Part shown: in pieces, positions 9,685-19,401 of the stretch
Layout of the letters: each line of letters starts with the position of its first letter
How positions within the stretch are numbered: position 1 is the stretch's first letter
Origin: a bacterium HR21
Lineage (GTDB): Bacteria > Bacteroidota > Ignavibacteria > Kapaibacteriales > HRBIN21
DNA length: 64,000 nt
Reading direction: 5' to 3'
Assembly (NCBI GenBank): GCA_002898295.1
Contig: BEHX01000001.1
Location: 265,473 to 329,472, forward strand
Notes under the pieces: model-generated
Told to the model about the DNA's origin: nothing
Databases searched by the model: none
What the model saw: the letters and a program-made list of their open reading frames with translations, nothing else
Made by a program: the position numbers and the translations under genes

Positions 9685-11128
9685 TCACCGCAATCGGGCG
9701 CAGACGCGCTACCATCCGAGCAATGCCCGCTGTGTGGACGACGCGGACCACCGCGTCCACATCCTTATACGCTACCGGCGCTTCCTCGACTAATCCACGG
9801 ACACTGCCTGCCTGCACAACGATCCCGCGCTGCCGCAGCTCCGCCCGGAGGCGTTCAGCATCAACCTGGCGTTTCGCCGCGTGCCGAGACATCTGGCGCC
9901 CTGCCCCATGGCAGGTCGAGCCGAAGGTCTGCTCCATACTGCCGGATGCCCCCACGAGCACGTAGGACGCCGTCCCCATACTGCCCGGAATAAGTACCGG
10001 CTGTCCGACATGCCGGTATACTGCCGGCGTCTCCGGATGCCCCGGAGGAAATGCTCGCGTTGCTCCCTTCCGATGGACCAAGACCTGTTTCGGAGTCCCC
10101 TGCACAACGTGCTGCTCCAGCTTGGCAATGTTGTGCGCCACGTCGTAGAGCACCCGGAGGCGTCCCCCAGCCGGACCGAAAACCTCTTTCCACGCCTGCC
10201 GAACTTCCCACGTGATCAGCTGACGGTTGGTCCAGGCAAAGTTTGCCGCGGCACACATCGCACGGAAGTAGCGTTCTCCCTCCGGCGAACGGAATGGCGC
10301 ACAGGCAAGCTCGCGGTCAGGCAGGCGAATTCCATACCGCGAGAGCGCTGCCATCATCGTGCGGATGTAATCGGTTGCTACCTGGTGCCCAAGCCCCCGA
10401 GAGCCTGTGTGGATGAGCACCACGACCTGTTTCGGAGTGAGTCCCAAAACCTGAGCAACGCGGTCGTCGAAGATTTTGTCCACGTAGTCAACTTCCACGA
10501 AATGGTTCCCCGCCCCCATCGTCCCCAGCTGGTCCCGCCCACGCTCTTTGGCTTCTTTGGAGACAGCCTCGGAATCCGCCTCTGCTAGAGACCCGCGTGA
10601 CTCGATGAAGTCCAGGTCTTCCTCCTCTGCGTAGCCTTCCGCTAATGCCCACTGGACACCGCGATCGAGCACACGGTCAAGCTCCCGGATACTGAGCTTG
10701 AACTGTCCCCCGCGCCCGACCCCAGAGGGTACGGTTTTGTAGATAGCTTTCGCCAACTGCTCCAAGCGGGATTGCACCTCGGTGTAGGTCAGCTCCGACA
10801 CCAGCAGACGCACGCCACAGTTGATGTCGTATCCAATGCCTCCGGGTGAAATGACGCCCTCTTCGACATCCATCGCGGCAATACCCCCGATGGGAAAGCC
10901 GTATCCTTCGTGAACATCCGGCATGACGAGCGCCGCCTGCTGGATTCCCGGCAGCGTCGCAACGTTGATGAGCTGCTCCAGGGAGCGGTCCTGGAGAATC
11001 TGCTCCAGGAGCTCCTCCGAGGCGTAGACGCGGGCAGGTACCCGCATATCGGGGCGCACCGTCGGTGGGATCTCCCACACCACCGGTCCAATCTGGCGAA
11101 GTTGCTCTTTGCGAAGCATCGCTCTCAC
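9674..11128 (-). CDS. rtcB: RNA-splicing ligase RtcB (archaeal/Thermus-like long form)
   Basis: [48 protein letters not shown] and EEAP motifs. Confidence 0.95.
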   Translation of the reverse strand: MRAMLRKEQLRQIGPVVWEIPPTVRPDMRVPARVYASEELLEQILQDRSLEQLINVATLPGIQQAALVMPDVHEGYGFPIGGIAAMDVEEGVISPGGIGYDINCGVRLLVSELTYTEVQSRLEQLAKAIYKTVPSGVGRGGQFKLSIRELDRVLDRGVQWALAEGYAEEEDLDFIESRGSLAEADSEAVSKEAKERGRDQLGTMGAGNHFVEVDYVDKIFDDRVAQVLGLTPKQVVVLIHTGSRGLGHQVATDYIRTMMAALSRYGIRLPDRELACAPFRSPEGERYFRAMCAAANFAWTNRQLITWEVRQAWKEVFGPAGGRLRVLYDVAHNIAKLEQHVVQGTPKQVLVHRKGATRAFPPGHPETPAVYRHVGQPVLIPGSMGTASYVLVGASGSMEQTFGSTCHGAGRQMSRHAAKRQVDAERLRAELRQRGIVVQAGSVRGLVEEAPVAYKDVDAVVRVVHTAGIARMVARLRPIAVIKG

Positions 11129-11541
11129 ACGTCCAGCACAAGCCGAGCCTCATAGCCGGTAGAATGACGACGAACCTCCGCCTCGTGGTAGGTCACCGCT
11201 TTGACGTCCTGGACAAATCCCTCAACTCGAACTCCCCAGAGCTGCGCCTCCAGCTCTGTCGGGGTCAGCTGCGCAAAGCTCACACGACAGAAGAGGGCTT
11301 TCCCCACCTGGCTATGCCAGAGAACATCGCAGAGGAAGTCTACGAGCAGAGCTGTCGTATCTGGCGCCTTCCGGGCAACCGAGCGTCGCAGTGGCAGACG
11401 CCTCCGCGCGTGGCATTCCCCTGGCAGCAAAATCTCTGCCAGCGCGACCACAGCGATCTGGAACAACTCCGGCAGTGTCTCTGCCGTAAGTACCAGGCGT
11501 ATATCCGCCGTATGGGGTTCGAGGCGGAAGCTTGCTCCCAT
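11125..11541 (-). CDS. Archease
   Basis: N-terminal HTAD, VKAVTYH and C-terminal LDV. Translationally coupled to rtcB. Confidence 0.92.
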   Translation of the reverse strand: MGASFRLEPHTADIRLVLTAETLPELFQIAVVALAEILLPGECHARRRLPLRRSVARKAPDTTALLVDFLCDVLWHSQVGKALFCRVSFAQLTPTELEAQLWGVRVEGFVQDVKAVTYHEAEVRRHSTGYEARLVLDV

Positions 11542-13203
11542 TCACTGCGGACGGAAGATGAGCTCAACCCGCCGGTTCCGCGCTCGCCCCAGTGGGGTGC
11601 TGTTCGTATCAAGAGGCTGTGTCCGCCCCAGTCCGTATGCAGTGATCCGCTGCGGCTCGACACCGCGAGCAATGAGGAATTCCCGCACTGCTTCGGCTCG
11701 CAGTCGTGACAGCAGTAAGTTCTGCTCATCTGTCCCGATCGAGTCCGTATGTCCCCGGACTTCGACAGTAACGGCAGGGTTCTGCTTCAACCACTCAGCG
11801 ACTTGTTCCAAGAGCGCTTCTGCCTCGGGCAGCAGCGTTGCTTTGTTGAACTCGAAGAACAACCCCGGCAGTACCATTGGACGTCCAACCGCCGGTTTCT
11901 CCACCAGTTGGGTAACGACAACCGTATCGCGCACAATACGCTCCACGACGATGGTATCGCGGTGTACTACCACGAGCGTATCCCGCCGCTCCGGCGGCTC
12001 CGGTGCCAAGCCCAGAGAGGCGAGAGCAGGATGTGCATAGCCATCCGGACAACCGTGATTGGTCAGGCTCCCGAGCAGACGCGGGCAGAGATCATCTCCG
12101 TCCCGAGTCCCATCGCCGTCGGTATCTGCCAGCATGGGATTTGTCCCCAGGCGGATCTCCTCCCAGTCGCTGAGCCCATCACCGTCGGAATCCGCTCGAA
12201 GGGGATTGGTGCCGTAGTAGAGCACTTCCTCGCCATCGCTGAGCCCATCCCCATCGGTATCCCGGCGCGTCGGGTCGCTGAAGTAGCGGAAGACCTCCTG
12301 CCCGTCGGTCAAGCCGTCCCCGTCAGTATCAGCAAGCAGGGGATTGGTGTAGTAGCGGCGAGCTTCTTCAAAGTCGCTCAGCCCATCGCCATCGGTATCA
12401 GGGTAGTAGGGGTTTGTTGCAAGCTGCTCTTCTTCCTCGTTGGTCAGCCCGTCACGGTCGTGGTCCCGCTCATCGAAGAGGTAGTAGGAAAGCTTCACAA
12501 GCAGCTCGCCATAACCGTCGTTGTGGGAAGGGAGCGTATCCCCGTCCGGGGTGAGTATGCGCAGCGAGAAGCCGTCAAGCCAGTCGGTTGTCAATCCATG
12601 AACGGCTGCCTGAAGCCCGATGGAGAAGCGGCGGGTAAGGTAGTAATCAACCCCAATGCCGGCAACAGGGTGGAGGTTGAATTCATCAGCCTCGGTGAAG
12701 TTTGGGTAATGGATGCGCCGTCCGCTGGGCGTGATGGCATCTTCCATGATGTCCTGGGGCTGGAATGACAGGAGCCCAAAGCCGCCGAAAAGGTACGGGT
12801 TGAACTCCGAGCGGGGAAAGAGATTGACAAACAGCAATGCCTCCCACGTGGCGATCTTCGTCCGCCGGTACGCCCCACCGGGATAGTCCTGCGGAGGGAA
12901 CTGCTCGTAGTACGACGGACCAAAGCGCCACTTGTAGCGCCGGTCGTATGCCAGATACCCAAATGTGCTCCGCATCCCCAATGCGAGCTCGGCGCTAAAT
13001 GGGAGGAAGTAGCGGAACTGAATCCCCGTCAGGGCATGGATCCGATGAGTTGAGAACTCTCCGGCGTACTTGGTCATCCCGCCCAGGAGACTGACCTCCA
13101 GGCGTCCTTCTGGATAGAGCCGGAACGGGCGGTAGTATGCAGGCTCCTGCGCCCAGAGGAACACAACGCCTGCTCCCACCAGGAGAGCTCGAACTCCACT
13201 CAT
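11542..13203 (-). CDS. OmpA-family protein with N-terminal beta-barrel and Ca-binding DxDGDGLxD repeats
   Basis: C-terminal GHTDSIG...NLLLSRLRAEAV...NRRVE and about six D(T/S)DGDGL(S/T)D repeats. Confidence 0.85.
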   Translation of the reverse strand: MSGVRALLVGAGVVFLWAQEPAYYRPFRLYPEGRLEVSLLGGMTKYAGEFSTHRIHALTGIQFRYFLPFSAELALGMRSTFGYLAYDRRYKWRFGPSYYEQFPPQDYPGGAYRRTKIATWEALLFVNLFPRSEFNPYLFGGFGLLSFQPQDIMEDAITPSGRRIHYPNFTEADEFNLHPVAGIGVDYYLTRRFSIGLQAAVHGLTTDWLDGFSLRILTPDGDTLPSHNDGYGELLVKLSYYLFDERDHDRDGLTNEEEEQLATNPYYPDTDGDGLSDFEEARRYYTNPLLADTDGDGLTDGQEVFRYFSDPTRRDTDGDGLSDGEEVLYYGTNPLRADSDGDGLSDWEEIRLGTNPMLADTDGDGTRDGDDLCPRLLGSLTNHGCPDGYAHPALASLGLAPEPPERRDTLVVVHRDTIVVERIVRDTVVVTQLVEKPAVGRPMVLPGLFFEFNKATLLPEAEALLEQVAEWLKQNPAVTVEVRGHTDSIGTDEQNLLLSRLRAEAVREFLIARGVEPQRITAYGLGRTQPLDTNSTPLGRARNRRVELIFRPQ

Positions 13204-13279
13204 TGCACCTCCCGTCGCTTGTCGTAAAAGAGCTGGAGCAATTTCAGTGCCACCCCACCCCTTCCCGGCTCCCTCTGTC

Positions 13280-15082
13280 CTACAGCAGGAGAGTCTCTTC
13301 GGTCATCGCCTCAAGTGACTGGCGGACTGCCTGTAAGAACTGCCCAGCGAGCATCCCGTCAATGATCCGATGATCGAAGCTCAACGACAGGTAGACCATG
13401 TGGCGCACCAAAATCACATCGCTACCTTCGATTTCCCGAACAACCGGACGCTTTTGGATGAGCCCGATGCCCAGAATTGCCACCTGGGGCTGATTGATAA
13501 TTGGCGTTCCCAGCAATGTCCCGAAACTCCCGAAGTTCGTCACCGAAAACGTCCCTCCCTGAACCTCGTCGGGGAGGAGCTTTTTGGTGCGTGCCCGCTG
13601 TGCCAGGTCAGCAATTGCCCGCGCAAGCCCGGTGATGCTCAGAGCATCTGCATTCTTGATGACCGGCACAATGAGATTACCGTTCGGCAGCACCGTTGCA
13701 ATGCCAATATTGATGCGCTTGTGCACGAGGATGTTCTTCCCTTCCACACTGGCATTCAGGAGCGGGTACTGCTTCAACGCTTCAACCGCCGCTCGAACGA
13801 AGAAGGGCAAATAGGTCAAGCGGATCCCTTCTCGGCGCTCGAACTCCTCTTTGTACTTCTCCCGGATCCGCACAAGGTTGGTCACATCTGCCTCATCCAC
13901 CGCGGTAACGTGCGGCGATGTCTGCTTGGAACGCACCATGTGCTCGGCAATGAGCTGCCGGACATGGTCCATCGGGATAACCTCTACCTCAGGACCGGCT
14001 GCTACCGGAGCAGGAGCAGCAACTGGCTCGGTGACCCGAACCGTCGGCTCAGGCTGTACAGCCGGCTCTGGTACAGCGGGGGTTGGCATCGCTGGCGGAA
14101 CCGGTCGTGCACGACGCTGCTCCAGATACCGCAGAAGATCGTGCTTGGTCACTCGCCCTTCCAGCCCCGTCCCGGGAATACGTTCTAGCTCCTCGGGGGT
14201 AATCCCCTCCGCCTCAGCAATGGCACGGACCAGGGGCGAGAAGAAGCGCCCTCCAACCGTGCGCGGAATCCTCGTTGCAGGCTGCCGCTGTCCGTCGCCA
14301 TTCCCTGGCGCGGATACCGGCGAGACCGACGGCTGCACAACGGCAACCGGGGTCGGAGCTACCTCCTGGGCGGGCGCAGGCGAAGGTGCCGACACCGGTT
14401 GGGCTTCCACAGGAGCAGGCTCACCCCGCGGCGTGCTCGGTGGCACTTCCCCCGCCGTCCCGACGGCAATCCGGGCGATGACTTTTCCGACGGGGACGGT
14501 CTCTCCTTCGGGAAAGAGAATCTCGGCCACAACCCCAGAAGCCGGCGCCGGAATTTCCGTATCAACCTTGTCGGTGGAAATCTCCAGCAGCGTCTCGTCC
14601 TGCTCAACCCGCTCGCCTACCTTCTTGACCCACCGGATAATTTTGCCCTCCTGCACCGATTCCCCCATCTTCGGCATCACAACATCGACCAGCTGACGAG
14701 ATTCCGACAGCGCCGGAGAAGCTGCAGGTACAGCCGATGGAGCCGCTCCTGGCGCAGCCTCTCCAGTCACCGGTGGAGCTTCCGCCGGACGCGGCGACTG
14801 CGCCGGTGCCGTCGGAGCTTCCTGAGCAGAAGGTGCTGCGGTAACCTCGGTCTCAATCCGGGCGATGACTTTCCCGACGGGGACGGTCTCTCCTTCGGGA
14901 AAGAGAATCTCGGCCACAACCCCAGAAGCCGGCGCCGGAATCTCCGTGTCAACCTTGTCGGTGGAAATCTCCAGCAGCGTCTCGTCCTGCTCAACCCGCT
15001 CGCCTACCTTCTTGACCCACCGGATAATTTTGCCCTCCTGCACCGATTCCCCCATCTTCGGCATCACAACATCGACACGCAT
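13280..15082 (-). CDS. sucB: 2-oxoacid dehydrogenase E2 dihydrolipoamide acyltransferase with two lipoyl domains
   Basis: Two STDKV lipoyl motifs, E3-binding GTGLEGRVTKHD and catalytic DHRIIDG. Substrate specificity not determinable. Confidence 0.85.
   Translation of the reverse strand: MRVDVVMPKMGESVQEGKIIRWVKKVGERVEQDETLLEISTDKVDTEIPAPASGVVAEILFPEGETVPVGKVIARIETEVTAAPSAQEAPTAPAQSPRPAEAPPVTGEAAPGAAPSAVPAASPALSESRQLVDVVMPKMGESVQEGKIIRWVKKVGERVEQDETLLEISTDKVDTEIPAPASGVVAEILFPEGETVPVGKVIARIAVGTAGEVPPSTPRGEPAPVEAQPVSAPSPAPAQEVAPTPVAVVQPSVSPVSAPGNGDGQRQPATRIPRTVGGRFFSPLVRAIAEAEGITPEELERIPGTGLEGRVTKHDLLRYLEQRRARPVPPAMPTPAVPEPAVQPEPTVRVTEPVAAPAPVAAGPEVEVIPMDHVRQLIAEHMVRSKQTSPHVTAVDEADVTNLVRIREKYKEEFERREGIRLTYLPFFVRAAVEALKQYPLLNASVEGKNILVHKRINIGIATVLPNGNLIVPVIKNADALSITGLARAIADLAQRARTKKLLPDEVQGGTFSVTNFGSFGTLLGTPIINQPQVAILGIGLIQKRPVVREIEGSDVILVRHMVYLSLSFDHRIIDGMLAGQFLQAVRQSLEAMTEETLLL
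14467..15076. repeat. Direct repeat of 223 bp (14467-14689 and 14854-15076) encoding the two lipoyl domains
   Basis: Manual alignment shows 3 mismatches in 223 nt, all synonymous. Confidence 0.95.
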
Positions 15083-15234
15083 GGTCGCTTGCCGCCGTGG
15101 TCAGAACACACACCCGGCACGCAACTTACGAAATTCGCCCTGCTGCCAAGCCGCTGACCGGAGCAGCGCTAAACGGAAGCCGGAAGCCATGCGTCATAGG
15201 ATGCATGCCGGTCAGTCCTCTGCACAGCGGTTCA

Positions 15235-18200
15235 ATGCAGCACCGTTGGATGCTCCTGGTTATACTTGCTGCCCTCGGGCTTACTCCGGAGCTGACAGCT
15301 CAATTCGGCAAGAACAAAGTCCAGTACCAGCGCTTCCAGTGGTACTCTCTCCAGTCTCGGCATCTGGACGTGTACTTCACGCCCGGTGGCGAATACCTTG
15401 CTCGCTTCGCGGCACTGGTTGGAGAAAAGGCACTGCGGTCTATCCAGCAGACAGTCGGACACCGCATCAGCCGGCGCATTGCCCTAATCGTCTACAACTC
15501 CCACGTGGAATTTCAGCAGACAAACGTCGTGTGGGAGTTCCTCCCGGAGGGTGTGGGAGGCGTCACGGAGCTGTTCAAAAACCGCGTCGTTGTTCCCTTC
15601 GAGGGCAACTACGAACAATTCCGCCATGTGATCCACCACGAGCTGGTTCACGCCGTGCTCAACGACATGTTCTACGGGGGCAGTCTGCAGAACGCGTTGA
15701 CCCGCGGGAGTGATGTTGAGCTCCCGCTGTGGATGAACGAAGGGCTGGCCGAGTTCGAGAGCCTGGGTGGATATGACACGCGGACTGACATGTTCATGCG
15801 CGACCTTGCCCTCAGCGAAGAGCTACGCGGGCTGGAATCGCTGGACGGATACCTGGCTTACCGTGGTGGGCAGGCTTTCTACTGGTACATCGCCCGCAAG
15901 TACGGGCGCGAAAAGATTGCCGAACTGCTCCAGCGCCTGAAGCTCCAGCGTAGCCTCAACGCTGCGTTCCGGAACACTTTCAAAATGGACTTCGACGCCT
16001 TCTCGCGCCAGTGGTCTTGGGAGATGAAGAAGTTCTACTGGCCCGATATCGGGCGCTTTGAAGACGTCCGCGACTTTGCCCAACGCCTCACTGACCGCAG
16101 CCGTGAGGACTACTTCTACAACACTTCCCCGTCCCTCTCCCCGGATGGTTCCCGACTGGCTTTCATTTCGGATCGGACAGGCTTCTTTGCACTGTATCTG
16201 CTGGACCTGCAGCGCCCGGACCGGGAGCCGCGCCGTCTTGTCAGCAGCGGGCGGCAGCGTGACTTCGAAGAACTCAATCTGCTGACCCCAGGCATTGCTT
16301 GGGACCCGGAGGGCAAGACACTGGCCGTTGCAGCAAAGGCAGGCGGGGAAAACGCAATTTACCTCCTCGATGTCGCCACCGGCTCATACAAACGCCTGCT
16401 GCTGGGGTTCAAAGCGATCTCTTCCATTACCTGGTCGCCGGATGGCTCCCGGCTGCTGTTTGTAGCCACGCGCGACGAACAGCCCGATCTCTGGCTCTAC
16501 AATCTGCAGAGCGGGACCTTGGACAACCTCACCGACGACGTCTTCACCGACCTTGCCCCCGTTTTCTCTCCTGATGGGAACCGGATCTACTTCGTCTCCG
16601 ACCGTGGCGATGTGCTCGAGCTCGGGCTCCGAAACCGCCCCCGCATGTGGGAGCTTCCCGTTGGCACCAGCGACATTTACGAACTGGACCTTTCCTCGCG
16701 TCGCCTCCGCCGCTTGACCTTCTCTCCCGATGCCTGGAAGACCTCCCTGGCTGTTGCCCCCGATGGGAAAACGCTCCTCTTTGTCTCGGACGCCAACGGG
16801 ATTGGGAACGTCTATGCACTGGACCTCCGTTCCGGGCGGATTCGCCCTCTAACAAACTCCGCATATGGCATTCTGCAAATCTCTCTCTCCGCCGATGGCA
16901 CCCTGCTGGCATTCTCTGCCCAAGTCCAAGGGGGATATGACCTCTTCCTCCTCCGCTCCCCACTGGAGCGGACTTTGCCCGACACCCTCCCTCTGACTGC
17001 CTTCCGGGACGAGCAGCGTCGCGCACGCACACGTCCCGCACTGCCCCCGGTGGTCGGCGATACACTCCTGCCCGAACAGCCTTACGCCACCTTCGCCCTC
17101 GACTTCCAACATCAGCTCATGGTTGTGCCCAACCCCGACGTCCTCTCTCCTGGATGGCTCGGGAGTGAGCCCGATACGACGAGCGACTCTCTGCACGGAC
17201 CCCGTCCCTACCGGGTGAGCTTCTCTCCCGACATCATCCTGGGCAGTGCCGGCTACAGCACCTTCTTCGGGCTGCAGGGAATTACGCAGATGCTCTTCAG
17301 CGATGTCCTCGGCGATCACCAGATTTATGTCGAAGCAAACCTCATGCTGGACCTCAAGAACAGCAACTTCCTTGTCTCCTACGCCTACTTGCCCGACCTG
17401 ATTGACTACCAGTTTACCGGCTTCCACCAAGTGGGGTATGTCGTGCGGAGCAATGACTCCCTTTACCGCTTCCGCGCTTACGGACTCTGGGCTGATGCTC
17501 TCTATCCCTTTGACCGCTTCAACCGCCTCGAATGGGGTCTGGGCATCTTACGGGCAACGCGGGAAAACCTCGATGCACTCGAACCGCCATTCGAGCCCAC
17601 GCTGGAGCGGACACTTCTGGTTCCAACCCTGCGCTACGTCCACGACGACGTCCTCTGGGGCTTCTTCTCTCCACTGCTGGGCAGTCGTTACTACATCGGG
17701 GCACAGCTGACGCCGAAGCTGTCTCGGGATGGGATTGGCTTTGTCACGCTCCAGGGCGATTACCGTCATTACTTCCGTCTTGGGCGTTGGAGCAGCCTGG
17801 CTGTCCGCTTCTCCGGCGGTGCCAGCCTGGGTCCGAATCCCCAGAAATTCTTTGCGCTCGGAACCGACAACTGGCTCAACCCATCCTTTCCCACCCGCCA
17901 GCTTCCGTATGATCTCCCGGAGGATTTCGTCTTCGCTACCGCTGTCTTCCCCCTGCGGGGGTACGGTGTCTCGGAGCGCATGGGATCCCGCTTCGTCCTG
18001 TTCAATGCCGAGCTCCGCCTGCCAGTCTTCCTGGCTCTCTGGACGTCTCCGGCACCCCTGCTGATTCAGGGCATCACACTGGTTGCCTTTGCCGATGCCG
18101 GTGCCATCTGGAATAACCGGCTGCGGCTCATGACTACCACCGCCACTGGGGATCGCGTCCCAGACGCTCTCATGCTGAGTACTGGAACCGGTGTGCGTCT

Positions 18201-18303
18201 TCTCCTCTTCGGCTTCCCCTTCAAGCTCGATGTTGCGTGGCGTTACACGGGAGCGGGCTTCTCGAAGCCTATCTACCTCTTCTCGCTGGGTTATGACTTC
18301 TGA
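15235..18303 (+). CDS. Zn-peptidase-like + PD40/TolB propeller + Omp85 (BamA/TamA-type) barrel fusion
   Basis: QFGKNKVQY start, HELVH...WMNEGLAE gluzincin motif, repeated (W/F)SPDG PD40 units, LRGY and terminal FSLGYDF. Confidence 0.8.
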   Translation: MQHRWMLLVILAALGLTPELTAQFGKNKVQYQRFQWYSLQSRHLDVYFTPGGEYLARFAALVGEKALRSIQQTVGHRISRRIALIVYNSHVEFQQTNVVWEFLPEGVGGVTELFKNRVVVPFEGNYEQFRHVIHHELVHAVLNDMFYGGSLQNALTRGSDVELPLWMNEGLAEFESLGGYDTRTDMFMRDLALSEELRGLESLDGYLAYRGGQAFYWYIARKYGREKIAELLQRLKLQRSLNAAFRNTFKMDFDAFSRQWSWEMKKFYWPDIGRFEDVRDFAQRLTDRSREDYFYNTSPSLSPDGSRLAFISDRTGFFALYLLDLQRPDREPRRLVSSGRQRDFEELNLLTPGIAWDPEGKTLAVAAKAGGENAIYLLDVATGSYKRLLLGFKAISSITWSPDGSRLLFVATRDEQPDLWLYNLQSGTLDNLTDDVFTDLAPVFSPDGNRIYFVSDRGDVLELGLRNRPRMWELPVGTSDIYELDLSSRRLRRLTFSPDAWKTSLAVAPDGKTLLFVSDANGIGNVYALDLRSGRIRPLTNSAYGILQISLSADGTLLAFSAQVQGGYDLFLLRSPLERTLPDTLPLTAFRDEQRRARTRPALPPVVGDTLLPEQPYATFALDFQHQLMVVPNPDVLSPGWLGSEPDTTSDSLHGPRPYRVSFSPDIILGSAGYSTFFGLQGITQMLFSDVLGDHQIYVEANLMLDLKNSNFLVSYAYLPDLIDYQFTGFHQVGYVVRSNDSLYRFRAYGLWADALYPFDRFNRLEWGLGILRATRENLDALEPPFEPTLERTLLVPTLRYVHDDVLWGFFSPLLGSRYYIGAQLTPKLSRDGIGFVTLQGDYRHYFRLGRWSSLAVRFSGGASLGPNPQKFFALGTDNWLNPSFPTRQLPYDLPEDFVFATAVFPLRGYGVSERMGSRFVLFNAELRLPVFLALWTSPAPLLIQGITLVAFADAGAIWNNRLRLMTTTATGDRVPDALMLSTGTGVRLLLFGFPFKLDVAWRYTGAGFSKPIYLFSLGYDF

Positions 18304-18306
18304 ACC

Positions 18307-19332
18307 TCACAGCCGGTAGGGCTTGAGCAACACGGTCTGGTACTGCTCGAAGTGTTCCAGCACCTTGCCTCCACCACGAACAACAGCCGTCAGCGGGTCT
18401 TCGGCAACATGCACCGGAAGCTCCGTTGCCTGCTCCAGGCGCTTGTCTAAGCCTTTCAGCAACGCACCACCCCCGGTCAGTACAATACCCCGGTCGTAGA
18501 TATCGGCTGCCAACTCCGGCGGGACTCGCTCCAGAAGCGAGAGCACAGCCTGAACAATCGCGGCAATAGGCTCTTCGAGTGCCTGGCGAATCTCCTCCGA
18601 GCTGACCCGGATCATTTGCGGGATACCGCTGACCAAATTGCGTCCCCGCACCTCGATCTCGTACTCCTCCTCCAGAGGGATGGCAGAGCCAATCTGGCAT
18701 TTGATGACCTCTGCTGTCCGCTCCCCGATGAGCATGCCGTACTGGCGGCGGAAGTACTGGATGATCGCATTGGTCATCTCGTCACCCGCGATGCGGATCG
18801 ATTCCTCCACGATAATGCCCGAGAGAGCAATGACAGCAATTTCGGTCGTACCACCGCCGATGTCCACAATCATGTTTCCCATCGGTTCGTGGACATCAAT
18901 TCCCACACCGATTGCCGCTGCCATAGGCTCTGCCAGCAAGTGCACATCTTTGGCGCCGGCATGTTCAGCGCTGTCCCGTACTGCCCGCTTCTCGACTTCG
19001 GTAACTCCGACCGGGACGCAGACAATGACCCGCCGCGGTGGGAGTAACCCATGGGAAACCCGGCGGATGAATGCCCGGAGCATGCTCTCGGCAATCTCGA
19101 AGTCGGCAATAACGCCATCTTTGAGGGGGCGCACCACCCGAATATCCCGATGCGTCTTGCCTACCATCGCCTGCGCCTCGTGCCCGAGAGCAATAAGGTG
19201 CCGTGTGGTCCGATCAAAGGCAACAATCGTCGGCTCGTTGAGCACAATCCCGCGCCCTTTCGCCCAAATCAGTGTATTGGCAGTCCCGAGGTCAACAGCA
19301 ATGTCGCTGGAAAACAGGCTCCACCCTGCCAT
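18307..19332 (-). CDS. mreB: Rod shape-determining protein MreB
   Basis: DLGTANT, RPLKDGVIADF, EPMAAAIG, DIGGGTTE and LTGGGALL motifs. Confidence 0.96.
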   Translation of the reverse strand: MAGWSLFSSDIAVDLGTANTLIWAKGRGIVLNEPTIVAFDRTTRHLIALGHEAQAMVGKTHRDIRVVRPLKDGVIADFEIAESMLRAFIRRVSHGLLPPRRVIVCVPVGVTEVEKRAVRDSAEHAGAKDVHLLAEPMAAAIGVGIDVHEPMGNMIVDIGGGTTEIAVIALSGIIVEESIRIAGDEMTNAIIQYFRRQYGMLIGERTAEVIKCQIGSAIPLEEEYEIEVRGRNLVSGIPQMIRVSSEEIRQALEEPIAAIVQAVLSLLERVPPELAADIYDRGIVLTGGGALLKGLDKRLEQATELPVHVAEDPLTAVVRGGGKVLEHFEQYQTVLLKPYRL

Positions 19333-19384
19333 CGAGTGCGTTATCTGTCCATCGCTGATGCTGACATAAGCCACCGAGAGGCTA

Positions 19385-19392
19385 CAAAAGTA
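19385..19392 (-). promoter_or_regulatory. -7 promoter element TACTTTTG upstream of mreB
   Basis: TAnnTTTG match in the intergenic gap. Confidence 0.5.
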
Positions 19393-19401
19393 CGGAAAGC
19401 C

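Noticed and set aside
12100-12470. Periodic DNA similarity in the OmpA gene as a nucleotide repeat array
   Set aside because: Explained by diverged protein-level DxDGDG repeats.
19104-19116. Near-match CGGCAATAACGCC in mreB (10/13)
   Set aside because: No flanking skew inversion. Kept as a negative control.
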